Below are positions 22,306 through 32,918 of a DNA stretch of 64,000 bases, in pieces. This stretch comes from Nitrospirota bacterium (GTDB lineage Bacteria > Nitrospirota > JACRHJ01): contig CAVTDB010000003.1 in NCBI GenBank assembly GCA_963733375.1, positions 64,001 to 128,000 of the forward strand, given 5' to 3'. The notes below the pieces were generated by a model, which did no database searches, was not told where the DNA came from, and saw nothing but the letters and a program-made list of their open reading frames with translations. The translations under genes were made by a program, and so were the position numbers. Numbering within the stretch: the stretch's first letter is position 1; every line of letters starts with the position of its first letter.

Positions 22306-23115
22306 TCATTTTGTTCGCCCCGAATTATTGGGGACCAGCCTGATAGCCAGACAGTCATATGCGAACCGGCCGCCTTCGTAGGAGACTTTTTCCCGCCGCA
22401 GAATGCGCCACTCGCCGTTCTGGTACACGCCGTCGGCGGCCAGCTTCTCTATAAGCCCGGTCGCGGTGTCGAGCCATTCCGCGAGTCTGGGATTGTGCGT
22501 AAGGGCAATCGGTTTCATATTCGGACTCGATATCAGGGTGACCGGCTCTACAATCAGGTTCGAAAGTTCGCGGAAGGAGACAGCTTCGGCGGCTGGCTTG
22601 GCTTGCAGCCGGATCATCCTGGCCCGCGCATCCGGCCCGGCCGTTTCCTTGGTGGCGTCAATTAAGTCGAGCAGATGGCTGCGAATATCGTTTAAGTCTT
22701 TCGCTTCTCGCAATTTTTCGAGGCCGGGATAGGTTTCAAGCGCCTTGGCGAGCATGGATATCTCGCGCAGGTAATGGTTCCTCTGGTTATCCGGGACCAG
22801 GTACATGACGACCAGCGACACGGGCTTTCCGTCCGGCGCTCCGTAATCGATACCCGCCGGGCTCCATCCGATCACGCACATGAGGTCTTCATCGAACGGT
22901 ACGCGCGCATGGGGGCAGGCCCATCCCTTGCCGAGCGCGGTGTTGGTCTCCTGCTCCCTGTCCATGACATGTCCGACCACGTCCGTCCCGGCAGGAACTT
23001 CCGGAAAGGCTTCGATGATATGCGCTAAAAACTGTAACGCGTGCCCCTTATCGTTTTCAGGCAGTTCGAACAGCCTGCCTTCCTGAATGGCATCCAAGAG
23101 GCTATCCATTATCAA
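22306..23115 (-). CDS. PTS EIIA(Ntr/Fru)-like domain protein with C-terminal extension, coupled to mgtA
   Basis: DREQETNTALGKGWACPHAR phospho-His motif, GIDYGAPDGKPVSLVVM; abuts the mgtA stop. Confidence 0.8.
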   Translation of the reverse strand: MIMDSLLDAIQEGRLFELPENDKGHALQFLAHIIEAFPEVPAGTDVVGHVMDREQETNTALGKGWACPHARVPFDEDLMCVIGWSPAGIDYGAPDGKPVSLVVMYLVPDNQRNHYLREISMLAKALETYPGLEKLREAKDLNDIRSHLLDLIDATKETAGPDARARMIRLQAKPAAEAVSFRELSNLIVEPVTLISSPNMKPIALTHNPRLAEWLDTATGLIEKLAADGVYQNGEWRILRREKVSYEGGRFAYDCLAIRLVPNNSGRTK

Positions 23116-25775
23116 TTACCTCCATAACGATTGAAGAACCAGGTTTTCACCCGATGGGTCAATACGGCGTATGTCGCCAGGAACAACATTATCCATAGCC
23201 AGTAGACGCCGGGCAGCGGGACCATCCCCAGAGTCCGCCGCGAAAGGCGAGTAGGGCAGCCACGCCCCGATGGCCATGATGGTCAGCGTGGTCATGGTCA
23301 AATGCAGGGAGGCCCGGCTTCCGAAGAAAGGCACCCGCCTTGTCCTGATGATGTGGACGATCAGCGTCTGGGTCAGCAGCGATTCCACGAACCATCCCGT
23401 CTGAAAGAGCTTCGCCAATGACCCCTTTTGCAACGGGCTCGCCGCGGGATCGCAGAAAGACATTGCAGCGGAAGAAGAACCACATCAGGGCGAAGGTGGC
23501 GTAATCGAAGATGGAGCTGATCGGCCCGATGAAGACCATGAACCGCTTGATGTTGGCGATGTCCCATTTGAGGGGCCTTGCTGATAAGCTCCTCGTCCAC
23601 GTTGTCCGTCGGGATGCCGGTCTGGGAGAAGTCGTAAAGCAGGTTGTTGGTAAGGATCTGCACCGGCCGCATCGGAAGGAACGGCAGCAGGTAGCTGGCG
23701 CCGACCACGCTGAACATGTTGCCGAAATTGGAGCTTGCCCCCATGCGGATGTATTTGACGATGTTGGCGAAGACCCTCCGGCCCTCCATGATGCCCTCTT
23801 CCAGGACAAGAAGGCTCTTCTCCAGGAGCACGATGTCCGCCGATTCCTTGGCCACGTCCACGGCGGAATCCACCGAGATGCCGACGTCGGCCGCTTTCAG
23901 CGCCGGGGCGTCGTTGATGCCGTCCCCCATGAACCCCACCACGTGGCCGTTGTTGCGCAGGGCTTTGACGATCTGCTCTTTTTGCGCCGGGGACAGCTTT
24001 ACGAAGACGTTGCTTTCCTCCACCGTCTTTGAAAACTCCTCCGGCGAAAGCTGCGACAGCTCGGCCCCCGTAACCATCCGGTCCACATCGAGGCCCACGT
24101 CCCGGCAGACCTTCTCGGTCACCAGGCCGTTATCGCCGGTCAGGACCTTGACCGGTACTCCGGCTCCGGACAGAAGCCGCGAGCGCCTCGGTGGCGGAGT
24201 CCTTGGGCGGGTCGAAGAACGCGATATAGCCGAGCAGGATCAAGCTGGCTTTCGTCATCGACCGTGAAAACGCTCTTGTCGCGCGGGAACTCCCGATAAG
24301 CGATTCCCAGCACCCGGAAACCGTCACGGTTGAGCCTCTCGTACTTCCTCGAACAGGTCCCCGCGGATCATGTCGATCAGGGGGTAGATCTCTTCATCGA
24401 TCTGGTAGCGTCTGCAACACGCGTAAATTTCTTCCACCGCGCCCTTGCAGATCAGCACATGGTCCCCTTCATAGTCCACCACCACGGACATGCGGCGGCG
24501 CTGGAAATCAAATGGAAGTTCGTCCACAAGCCGGCAGTCGTGTTCGACATCCAGGTCGGCATGGTCGATGACCGCGCAGTCTATCAGGTTGCGCAGGCCG
24601 GTCTGGTAGTAGCTGTTGAGATAGGCGTAGTTAAGAACCTCTTCGCTGGTGTGTCCGACGATATCCACATAGTGCTCCAGGACCACGCGGTCCTCGGTCA
24701 GGGTCCCTGTCTTGTCCGTGCAAAGGATGTCGATGGCCCCGAAGTTCTGGATAGCCGGGAGCCGCTTGACGATGACCTTCTTCTTGGCCATGGTCAGCGC
24801 CCCTTTGGCCAGGTTGACGGTGACGATCATCGGCAGCATTTCAGGGGTAAGGCCGACCGCGATGGAGAGACCGAAAAGCAGCGCCTCCAGCCAGTTGCCT
24901 TTGGTCAGGCCGACGATCAGGAACACCGCGCAGACCATCACCACCATGAACCGGATCATGAGCCAGGTGAAGGAACGGACTCCCCGGTCGAAGCTGGTTT
25001 CCTCGCGCTTTTCCGACAGCCGCTCCGAGATGGCGCCGAACAGGGTGCGGATGCCGGTGTTCACCACGACGCCCTTAGCCGTGCCGCTGGTGACCGAGGT
25101 GCCCATGAAACAGGCGTTCGGCAGTTCAATGGCGGACTGGCAGGATAAGCCTGCGCTTGCAATCGTTTTCTCGACGGGCATGGATTCCCCGGTCAGCGTC
25201 GACTCGCTGACGAAGAAATCCTTGACGGCGATCAGGCGCAGGTCCGCCGGAATGATGGAGCCGGCCTGCAGGAGCACGACATCGCCGGGAACGATTTCGG
25301 ATATCCTGACCTCGGACGCCGCCCCGTCCCTCAAGACGAAGGTCCTGGACTGGACGCGCTTGCCGAGGGTTTCGACCGCCCGGCTGGACCGGCGGTCAAG
25401 GATGTAGGACAACCCGACGCTTAGAAGTATCATCGCGCCGACGATGACGGCGGATTTCCACTCGCCTATGAGCCCCGAGACCGAAGCGATTATCAGGAGT
25501 TGAACGATCAGCGGGCTTCTCAGGCGGCGAAACATGTCGGCCCCGAAACTCAACCGCTTGAGATGAGACAGCTCGTTGGAGCCGTACTCGTTCAGGCGGC
25601 GTTCCGCTTCTTCGGCGCTCAACCCCTGAAGAGTGGTTTTGAGCGTAGCCAGCGCCTCCTGGATGGGCGCCGCGCAAAGCTCCGCCATCTGCCGTTCGTG
25701 GCCGTTCAAACCGCGCTGTCCGTATGGTTGCGCCTGTGAGACGTTTGAGAACTTCGTGAACAAACCTTTTCTCAT
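23112..25775 (-). CDS. mgtA: Magnesium-translocating P-type ATPase (frameshifted)
   Basis: [75 protein letters not shown]: MgtA/MgtB-specific motifs spread over several ORFs. Confidence 0.93.
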
Positions 25776-25892
25776 GGCGCAACCCTCGAGTTCAATGGTG
25801 GTGTTGCTTGACTTAGGGGCGGGTTGGCAGGGCATCGCTATGGACCGCGACACCGCGCATGCCTTAATGGAAAGAAAAAATAGCCGAGATCC

Positions 25893-26273
25893 TCATCCGC
25901 CGGCCGGGCGTTTAAAAAACAGCTTTAACAATTCCCCTTTGGGTTCGTATACAACGCTGACAAGCTCCCATCCCTCCGCGCCGAGGGCGTTGATATATTC
26001 CGGCAGTTCGCTTACCTGCCCTTTATCCTTGAATTTGCCGATCGCCTTGATTGCAATATTCCGTGAACTGGTTATCCAGTGGGATGCATCTTTCGCGAGC
26101 TTCCTGAATTCCTCCTCGCCCATCCCAATATTTATAAATCCCTCGTAAGACAGGACCTCTTTGTATTCCCACCTCTTCACTGAATGAAAAACCTCTTCCC
26201 TCGTATCCTGGATGAGCGTATTAATGCCGGAAGCCTTGAAAGGGTCCTTGCCCAACCGCGCCTTATCCGTCAT
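25893..26273 (-). CDS. Small ParA-partner-like protein: basic N-terminal peptide plus DUF4177-like domain
   Basis: MTDKARLGKDPF..GINTLIQDT N-terminus; WEYK...INALGAEGWELVSV...FFKRP; ATGA overlap with parA. Confidence 0.65.
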   Translation of the reverse strand: MTDKARLGKDPFKASGINTLIQDTREEVFHSVKRWEYKEVLSYEGFINIGMGEEEFRKLAKDASHWITSSRNIAIKAIGKFKDKGQVSELPEYINALGAEGWELVSVVYEPKGELLKLFFKRPAGG

Positions 26274-27044
26274 GGCTTACCCCGTTGTAAAATTTCCTTG
26301 CAAAGGTTCATATAGTCTTCCGCCCCGGCGCTTCCAGGCCTGTATTCAAATATAGTCTTTCCGAAACTCGGGGCCTCCGCCAGGGCTATATTATCTCTTA
26401 TGAGGGTGCCAAAGAGCTTGTTGCCGAAACTCTCCCTGATTTTCTCCACTACTTCCTGGTTCAGTTTTTTACGGCGGTGGAACCGCGTGCCTATTATGCC
26501 TGTGATATCAAGCCCCGGGTTTAACCGCCTCTTTACAAGCTGGACCGTTTCCACCAGCTTGGCCATACCCTGTAACGCCAGATACTCCGTCTGCAATGGG
26601 ATGAACGCTTCCTGCGCGGACGTGAGGGCGTTTAGCGTGAGGACGCCGAGGCTCGGAGGGCAGTCCATAAGCACGAAATCGTATCCAGCCGAGCCCTTCC
26701 AAAATTTCTTTGAGTAAAAATTCCCTTCCCGCCATCCCGGAGAGCTCTATTTCAGCCCCTGAGAGGTTTATGCTGGAAGGGATAACATCGATAAACGAAC
26801 TGGAATCCGGGATTTTACGCTTAAAAACCACTTTATCCAGTTTTGATTCGCCTTTTAAGAGCTCGTAAACAGTCAGTTTTAGCTCATGGGCCGGAATACC
26901 AAGCGAATAGGTAAGCTGCGCCTGCGGGTCGAGGTCGACCAGAAGGATTTTTTTACCCAACTGCCTGAGCCCGGCGCCAATATTTACCGTGGTTGTAGTT
27001 TTACCTACACCACCTTTCAGGTTCACTAAGGCTATGACCCGCAC
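26270..27044 (-). CDS. parA: ParA/Soj-family ATPase (orphan; one frameshift near 26690)
   Basis: NLKGGVGKTTT deviant Walker A, LVDLDPQA, DCPPSLG, IRDNIALAEAPSFG; no parB in the window. Confidence 0.9.
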
Positions 27045-27058
27045 TGGCCGCGTCCTGT

Positions 27059-27661
27059 TTATGCGCTTTTCCTCTTAGGAAGCGCGGCGCTGGCCACCTC
27101 TTTTACGCTGCCCTCCACTCCGACGAGTATGTCCCGTACGGCAGCTACGGCAGTGGTTCCGAGCGAGCCCGCAGCCTCGATAGCGCCGCGCACCGCGGAA
27201 ACCGCAACGCCTACCACGTTCCCGCCTACCTCGCTTGCGGCCTCGATAACCCCGTCCACTGCGCCCTTTGCCACAATGGCGACATCCGCGCCGACTTCGG
27301 CGGCGCCCTTAACGGCGCCTCTTGCGGTCTGGCTTGCGGCCGTGACAACGTCTCCGCTAATATCGCTTATCCCCATCACGGCGCCTTTAGCGACGTTTCT
27401 CGTGCTGTTGATAAGGTTCGCGCCTACTTCCTCGGAGGCCTGTATCGCCCCTTTCAGGACATCCGCAGTCACGTTGACGGCATCGTCCGCCACCGCGCCG
27501 GTGGCTTTGAGTGTGTTTGAAACCGTATCGCGCACAAGGGTCACTATCTCCGCCTCAATCTCGTTCAGCCCTTGCAGGCTGGACGCAATCTCTCCTTTTA
27601 CGGTAGTGCCTGCCTTTCCTAACGCTTCCCCGCCATGACTCAACGCCTTTTCCCTTGGCAT
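27059..27661 (-). CDS. Ala/Gly/Val-rich protein with about 6 tandem 22-aa amphipathic repeats
   Basis: LKGAIQASEEVGANLINSTRNV / AKGAVMGISDISGDVVTAASQT / ARGAVKGAAEVGADVAIVAKGA / VDGVIEAASEVGGNVVGVAVSA / VRGAIEAAGSLGTTAVAAVRDI; GGAGG RBS; 14 bp upstream of parA. Confidence 0.75.
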   Translation of the reverse strand: MPREKALSHGGEALGKAGTTVKGEIASSLQGLNEIEAEIVTLVRDTVSNTLKATGAVADDAVNVTADVLKGAIQASEEVGANLINSTRNVAKGAVMGISDISGDVVTAASQTARGAVKGAAEVGADVAIVAKGAVDGVIEAASEVGGNVVGVAVSAVRGAIEAAGSLGTTAVAAVRDILVGVEGSVKEVASAALPKRKSA

Positions 27662-27790
27662 ATCATCCTCCCGATTTTTTAACGTACATAGTTATAAGTA
27701 TATAGCATTACTCAGCCTTTTGAAGGCTGTATCCCTCTTTTTTTCATTATTTGTCTATATCGTTTGATAGGCGTTCAATTTTGACCCGGC

Positions 27791-28762
27791 CTATTCTTCC
27801 ACCATCCTCCAGGTCTGGTCCGGGTCGTATTCCTCCATTTTGCGGGCAATCTCCTCGGTTTTCGGCCCCAGGTCCTTCTGATATACCCTGCCGCGCTGGT
27901 TCACGATGAAGGTCATCACTCCCGAGACTCCCCACCGGGCGGGGTAGGCGACCAGCGCATGGCCCGCCACCATGTTGCCGTTAACGATATAGCTGAACTT
28001 CCCGCCCGGGGCGCTTGGCCCCTGCCGCTTGAGCATCCGGAAATAGTAGCCGTGGAAAGGCCGGGGGCCGCTCTCGCCCGCGTTGCGCTTTCCCATGTAC
28101 CCCTCTTCCTTGGCCTTGGCGACCAGCGGGCCGAGCGGGCTCTCTTTCTCTCCGTCTGCGGTCGGCCAGTAGAGGCCGTCCTTTCTGCCCGGAGAGCTGA
28201 TCATATGCTGGGCGTACTTGGGGATCTGTACGCCGTCCGGCTCCGGCATGTTGTAATATTCCCGTTGCGCCTCCACGTAGGCGCGGCAGGCATTGATCGC
28301 AAGCAGTTCGTTGTGGCCTATGCGCCGGTTTAAAATCTCTTCGCGGCCCGCCTCGGTGTCAAATATCCAGGTGTCTCCTTTTTTTACTATCGGCACGGGA
28401 AACGGCCATTTTTTAGCGCCGATAACAAGGGTGAACCTGGTCTGCCCTTCCTTGACAAGCTCCGCGCCTTCCAGCACGTGCTGGGCGAAATGCTCGAACT
28501 CGGAGGCCTGCTCCACCGGGTCGCCCGGCTCAAGCTCGCAGGCGACCGGCCCGAAAATCGCCCTCACGGCCTCCTGGTCATTTGCCTTAGCCGCCGCAAT
28601 CAATGCCTGGCGTACCTCCTCGGGCGAGGAAAAAACCCGTTGGGCAGGGCAGGGCTGGGCGGCAAGGCTGACGGCCGGAAGCGCCGCCATCACCAGCAGC
28701 ACGGCTGCCATGCAGCAAAATTCCGCGCATCGGGAAAGAAACTTTTTAATATCCTTCATCAT
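27791..28762 (-). CDS. DUF2950 family protein
   Basis: Signal peptide; WPFPVPIVK, EEILNRRIGHNEL, GRKDGLYWP, PFHGYYFRML, SGVMTFIVNQ. Confidence 0.88.
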   Translation of the reverse strand: MMKDIKKFLSRCAEFCCMAAVLLVMAALPAVSLAAQPCPAQRVFSSPEEVRQALIAAAKANDQEAVRAIFGPVACELEPGDPVEQASEFEHFAQHVLEGAELVKEGQTRFTLVIGAKKWPFPVPIVKKGDTWIFDTEAGREEILNRRIGHNELLAINACRAYVEAQREYYNMPEPDGVQIPKYAQHMISSPGRKDGLYWPTADGEKESPLGPLVAKAKEEGYMGKRNAGESGPRPFHGYYFRMLKRQGPSAPGGKFSYIVNGNMVAGHALVAYPARWGVSGVMTFIVNQRGRVYQKDLGPKTEEIARKMEEYDPDQTWRMVEE

Positions 28763-28828
28763 GCCTGCTTCCCTTTCTTAATAAGGCATGCACGCCGGAT
28801 GCCCGGCCATTGAAGCCGATGTTTCTGT

Positions 28829-30028
28829 CTACCGCCGGCCGCCGCCGCCCCCACCGCCCCCGAAGCCGCCACCGCCGCCTCGACCGCCACCACCGCCTCC
28901 GCCCCCGCCGCCACTGCCGCGACCGCCCCCGCCACCGCCGCCGCCGCCACGACTGCCGCCTGAAGTTGCAGGTTGCCGGCTTGGAGCAGGCCGGTTAAAC
29001 TGCTGCATATTCTCGCGGCTGGTCTTGCCGCGCTCGCGGTAAGTTGCGGCGTCCCCGCTGGTGCCATAGCCGCCATAACCCGAAACTGACGCAGGTTTTT
29101 TTGTCTGTACGTCCCGGCCACGGTACACGTCGCTGTTATCAGTGCGTACCGGCGGGCGGTTTCCGGTAATGGCCGGACGGGGCTGCGTAACCTTGGCCGG
29201 GGACGCAACCTTGCCGGTAAACTCACGGCGCTTCTGCACATCACGGCGGAGCCCCTCACGGTAGCCTGCCGTATCGTGCCGCGTCACCTTCCTGTTGACG
29301 TCGATGACGGAGTATCTGTCGTTTATGTATCTGTTGTTCCGGTCATGGATGTGCGGCCGGAAACGGCCAATCCAGCCGCCGCCCTGCCAGCCGTGGTAAT
29401 GGATGCGGTGCCCGTGCCAGTCGCAGTCGCGGTTCAGCCAGACTCCTATCGGCAGCCCGATGCCGAAGGTAATGAACCCGTAGGACGGGGGTTCGAAGTA
29501 CACCTCCATGGGGTCGTACTGGGGCACATAGATTACCTCGGGCTCGACCGGAACGATGCTGATAGTCCCATCTTCATTATTGATCACCTGCTGCTCCGGG
29601 GTGGAGACCAGGTTGCCCTCCGCCAGCGCCTGCGCGCGCAGCCGCTGGATCGAATCGAACACGTCGTCTTGCTGGTTGACGAAGGCCTGCCCCAAAGAAA
29701 CAGTCCAGTCGTATTTCTGGTCCATCATTAAAAGGACGCTGGGGTAGTGGGCCACGGCCCTGACGCTCACGTCCCAGGGCTGGTCGTCAACCTGGGCCGA
29801 GTTCCCGTACTGCCCGACGTAGCGCGCCGCTTCGTCGATCTGGTCGATGAAGGTCGCGGCCGGCAGCATCTGGGCGAGAAGCGGGTCCGGGTAGAGGGCG
29901 ATAGGGGCTAACATGTCGTCAAGCTCGTCCGCGTTGAACGGGATATAGTCGTCGGCCCACGCCGTATGCCCCGCGACCATGCCCAGAAAAAGGAGCGCGA
30001 CGGGTATCGTGATAAGAAATTTTTTCAT
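28829..30028 (-). CDS. DUF3300 family protein with Gly-rich tail
   Basis: ELDDMLAPIALYPDPLLAQML, WDVSV, LGQAFVNQQDDVFDSIQRLR, IYVPQYDP; 4-bp overlap with DUF2950 not present but genes are adjacent as in the usual pair. Confidence 0.88.
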   Translation of the reverse strand: MKKFLITIPVALLFLGMVAGHTAWADDYIPFNADELDDMLAPIALYPDPLLAQMLPAATFIDQIDEAARYVGQYGNSAQVDDQPWDVSVRAVAHYPSVLLMMDQKYDWTVSLGQAFVNQQDDVFDSIQRLRAQALAEGNLVSTPEQQVINNEDGTISIVPVEPEVIYVPQYDPMEVYFEPPSYGFITFGIGLPIGVWLNRDCDWHGHRIHYHGWQGGGWIGRFRPHIHDRNNRYINDRYSVIDVNRKVTRHDTAGYREGLRRDVQKRREFTGKVASPAKVTQPRPAITGNRPPVRTDNSDVYRGRDVQTKKPASVSGYGGYGTSGDAATYRERGKTSRENMQQFNRPAPSRQPATSGGSRGGGGGGGGGRGSGGGGGGGGGGRGGGGGFGGGGGGGGRR

Positions 30029-30348
30029 TTGTCCCCCACGAAATTGGTGCGTCTTGCCGGGCTGTTACACTTAATTAGTATACCAATAAAAAAACATCCA
30101 ATGGCTTTCGAGCAAACTCAATCTCCCCTTGTTCAGTTGACGTTTTTCAAATAAAAGAGGTTACGGAAATTCCGGAACCTCTGGATTTTATGCCAGGCGA
30201 TACTGGTTTTCGAACCAGTGACCTTGGCTATGCGGGCACTGGATAATATTTAAAAAACCGCATCTTCGTACTCTGCCCCGATCCTCGCCATCAAGGCCTC
30301 GGTTTACATGTCCCCGTCCTGCCCCAGTGTCCCGTCCTGGTAATTTAT

Positions 30349-30378
30349 AAAAAAAAGGGGTTGCGATGTGCAACCCCC
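30349..30378 (-). terminator. Rho-independent terminator of the SYLF gene
   Basis: ggggttgc...gcaacccc hairpin followed on the minus strand by T8. Confidence 0.7.
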
Positions 30379-30396
30379 CCTTGAGCTTAGTCAAGC

Positions 30397-31089
30397 TTAA
30401 TCCTTCATGGAACGCCTTTCAATCATGGCGCATATCCGCCCGCCTTTCGACGGCCCCGCGCCCGAGATAAGTATGTCCGCAGGGCTCACGGCCTTTCCGT
30501 AATATTTGGCGTTATCTTCCCCTTTCGCCGCCACAACCCCGCCTTCAACGGTCAGGCCCGCAAAGGCGCCCTTGGCCCTTACAAACGCGATGAAGGCAGC
30601 GGCCGTCAAAGGAGATGCCTCACCCGCCGTGCCGACGCCGACCGGCCCGGCAGCGATTGAAGCGTCCGCCCCGAGCTTGAACTGGGGCGAAAGCATCGCA
30701 TTGACCGCCTCGTTAGTCATTGCGAGGATTACAACCTCCGCCTTCTCGGCGCCTATCTGAAGGCCGTAAGTGACGGAACCCATCCCGTAAAATGCCGGGC
30801 CCCTGCACTCGCCGGTTTTCTGGTCCACAGAGAAATAGACGCCGCTTCCGCCCGAGCCGCCGAGTATTAACCCCGCCTTCACCAGGCTCGGTACTATCAA
30901 TACCCCCTTCGCCTTGGGCAACTCTTCTCTAAACCAGGCCATTTCAGGGGCTTTTTGAAAATCCCTGAGTGTTATCTGTGCCTGGTCGACCAGCACCTGC
31001 TGCTCGTTCGGCTCCGATGCATATGCCGGAAACGCTAAGCCGGCGGCCAGCATCGTTACACCAAAAAAGGCCAACAATAGTACTTTCAT
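30397..31089 (-). CDS. Lipid-binding SYLF (Ysc84-like) domain protein
   Basis: Start MKVLLLAFF behind GGAGG; AKGVLIVPSLVKAGLILGGSGGSG, YGLQIGAE, LGADASIAAGPVG, AKGAFAGLTVEG. Confidence 0.88.
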   Translation of the reverse strand: MKVLLLAFFGVTMLAAGLAFPAYASEPNEQQVLVDQAQITLRDFQKAPEMAWFREELPKAKGVLIVPSLVKAGLILGGSGGSGVYFSVDQKTGECRGPAFYGMGSVTYGLQIGAEKAEVVILAMTNEAVNAMLSPQFKLGADASIAAGPVGVGTAGEASPLTAAAFIAFVRAKGAFAGLTVEGGVVAAKGEDNAKYYGKAVSPADILISGAGPSKGGRICAMIERRSMKD

Positions 31090-31399
31090 GGTTACCTCCG
31101 CAAGAAGGTCCTTATCAGTAACTGTATCTAATAGAGTAGCACTTTTTTTCAAAAGTGCTTGCTTAGTGCTGAACGGCGCAATAATAATCCACTTTAAGGG
31201 TAATCGGCGCCTAAAATTGCCACACACTTTACAGGGGTATAAATTAAATTCCTTGCATTTAATCTTAAAAGAAAATAACATGATAACAATTGTCCATTAG
31301 AATAATAAGGCCCTGCCGGACAAAACAGACCTCCTGCGCGCAAGTTTTAGTTCATCCAGTCATTCGTAAGGGCGCTGGCCGCGACAAAAGGAGCTTCCA

Positions 31400-32083
31400 A
31401 TGATATGCCCTAAATGCGACCTACATTTCGGAGAAGACAAGAAATTCTGCCGCAACTGCGGGACACCCCTCGTCAGCGACCAACAGGGTAAGAACCTCAG
31501 AAAAAAACCCTTCTTCACCGGTTTTGCCGTATTCGCGGCGGTATTCGCGATACTCTTAGCCGGCACCATATTCTCGGTTAAATACTTCCTTCCCGGCGAG
31601 CGGCTTGCCGCCCACTTCAATACACCGGAAAAACAGGCGTGCAACGTCGCGGCGCCGGCCGACTTGTCGAAACAGGTGCCTAAATATGATGATATAACGT
31701 TCAGGCATGAACACGGGCGCGGCAAGGCGCAAAAGAGCGGGAGCCTCCTGGTCAAAACCGATGGCGGGGAGTACGAGACCACTGCGGCGCTTATCGAGGA
31801 CGGAAGCGACAACCTGGGCCTGAGGATCGGCATTAAACCAAATGACGCTGTATTGTTCTTTGACGGCCAGATGCGCGGCTATGCGCCGCTGGAAGTAAGG
31901 GACCTCCTGCCCGGAAAGCACGTCATCGGGATAACCAAACCCGGCTACAAGACGAGGAACATAACCGTGAACCTCGTGAGCGGCGTTGACAAGGAGTGCA
32001 CTATATCGCTCGAGAGGAAACAGGCGGACGTCCCGTCCACCCTGAGACTCGTACGGGACCCGCTAGGGGCCGACAAATCATGA
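31400..32083 (+). CDS. Zinc-ribbon + TM + PEGA domain protein
   Basis: CPKC..KFCRNCG, TM helix, PEGA-like PNDAVLFFDGQMRGYAPL..PGKHVIGITKPGY. Confidence 0.78.
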   Translation: MICPKCDLHFGEDKKFCRNCGTPLVSDQQGKNLRKKPFFTGFAVFAAVFAILLAGTIFSVKYFLPGERLAAHFNTPEKQACNVAAPADLSKQVPKYDDITFRHEHGRGKAQKSGSLLVKTDGGEYETTAALIEDGSDNLGLRIGIKPNDAVLFFDGQMRGYAPLEVRDLLPGKHVIGITKPGYKTRNITVNLVSGVDKECTISLERKQADVPSTLRLVRDPLGADKS

Positions 32084-32123
32084 AGACATTTTGTCCAGCA
32101 GGAGATAAAGAGGAGGGCGGTAT

Positions 32124-32918
32124 ATGAGATGCCCGGCGTGTGGAGTCTTCCATGTCGAGGAAATTAAATTCTGCGATTACTGCGGGGCCCGGCTTGCAAG
32201 AAAGCCATTGAAGAGATTGAGGGGTCTGCTCGCCGCCTTCGCCGTCGTGGTCATATCGTTCCTGGGCAGCTACCTGTTGACAACTGGCGTCCTGAGTCTC
32301 CATGAAAAGAGGCTTAACGACGAAACCCCGCGCCCATTGACAGCCGCACCCGCCCGCTTCGCGAAGAACAGCATCCGTCCCATGCGCAGCATATGTGCGA
32401 CTCCGGCCGTGGCCAGGCCGGCTGCCAAAATGGCGGGGTCCTTTGCAGTTGCGCGGGCCGACGACAAATCCGCCGCCACCGAGGCTGCCACGCCCGGGAC
32501 CGCCGCGCCGGACTCGCATGCTGCAAACCAGCCGGAGAGCAGGTTTCGAACTCATGAGAGACCCGCTGAACGCGGAGAAGTAAAGAACGGTCGCGTTATC
32601 GGCCTTCGAAGCATGTTGATAGGCGTAAATTTTGACCCATCCCGGCTGTTAGAAAGCGGTGCGCTCACATCAAACGCTTGCCGCAACCCTCACCTCGGCA
32701 CTATGTTCCTGACGGTCGTCAACAAGTGGAATAGCCTCGCCTTCTTGCAGGACGCCATCGACCGTGACACTTGTCTCACCTTCCTCATGGCGCGTTTGCA
32801 CGGTGATATGGTAGATGGTTTCCCTGTACCGGTAGTGGACTTTGAACGTCTCCCAGCCCTCAGGCAGGCACGGCGCGAAATGCAGCTTGTCTACTTCGAG
32901 CCTCAGTCCCAGAAGTGA
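32124..32918 (+). CDS. Zinc-ribbon + TM membrane protein; 3' end doubtful because it overlaps ndvB antisense
   Basis: CPAC..KFCDYCG, TM helix, Ala/Pro-rich linker; GAGGAGG RBS. Confidence 0.6.
   Translation: MRCPACGVFHVEEIKFCDYCGARLARKPLKRLRGLLAAFAVVVISFLGSYLLTTGVLSLHEKRLNDETPRPLTAAPARFAKNSIRPMRSICATPAVARPAAKMAGSFAVARADDKSAATEAATPGTAAPDSHAANQPESRFRTHERPAERGEVKNGRVIGLRSMLIGVNFDPSRLLESGALTSNACRNPHLGTMFLTVVNKWNSLAFLQDAIDRDTCLTFLMARLHGDMVDGFPVPVVDFERLPALRQARREMQLVYFEPQSQK

Noticed and set aside
25776-25892. M-box riboswitch or mgtL-type leader upstream of mgtA
   Set aside because: The gap is only about 117 bp, and I see neither the M-box consensus nor a Pro-rich leader with an RBS.
26270-27044. 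Plasmid or chromosome partition locus
   Set aside because: No ParB/HTH/RHH partner, parS-like palindrome, iterons or rep gene seen nearby; the context is chromosomal.
28788-29042. Poly-proline ORF
   Set aside because: Reverse complement of the Gly-rich tail of the DUF3300 gene.
30397-31281. 294-aa SYLF protein as called in the ORF track
   Set aside because: The first 64 codons are AT-rich intergenic-like sequence; RBS and signal peptide support the start at 31089.
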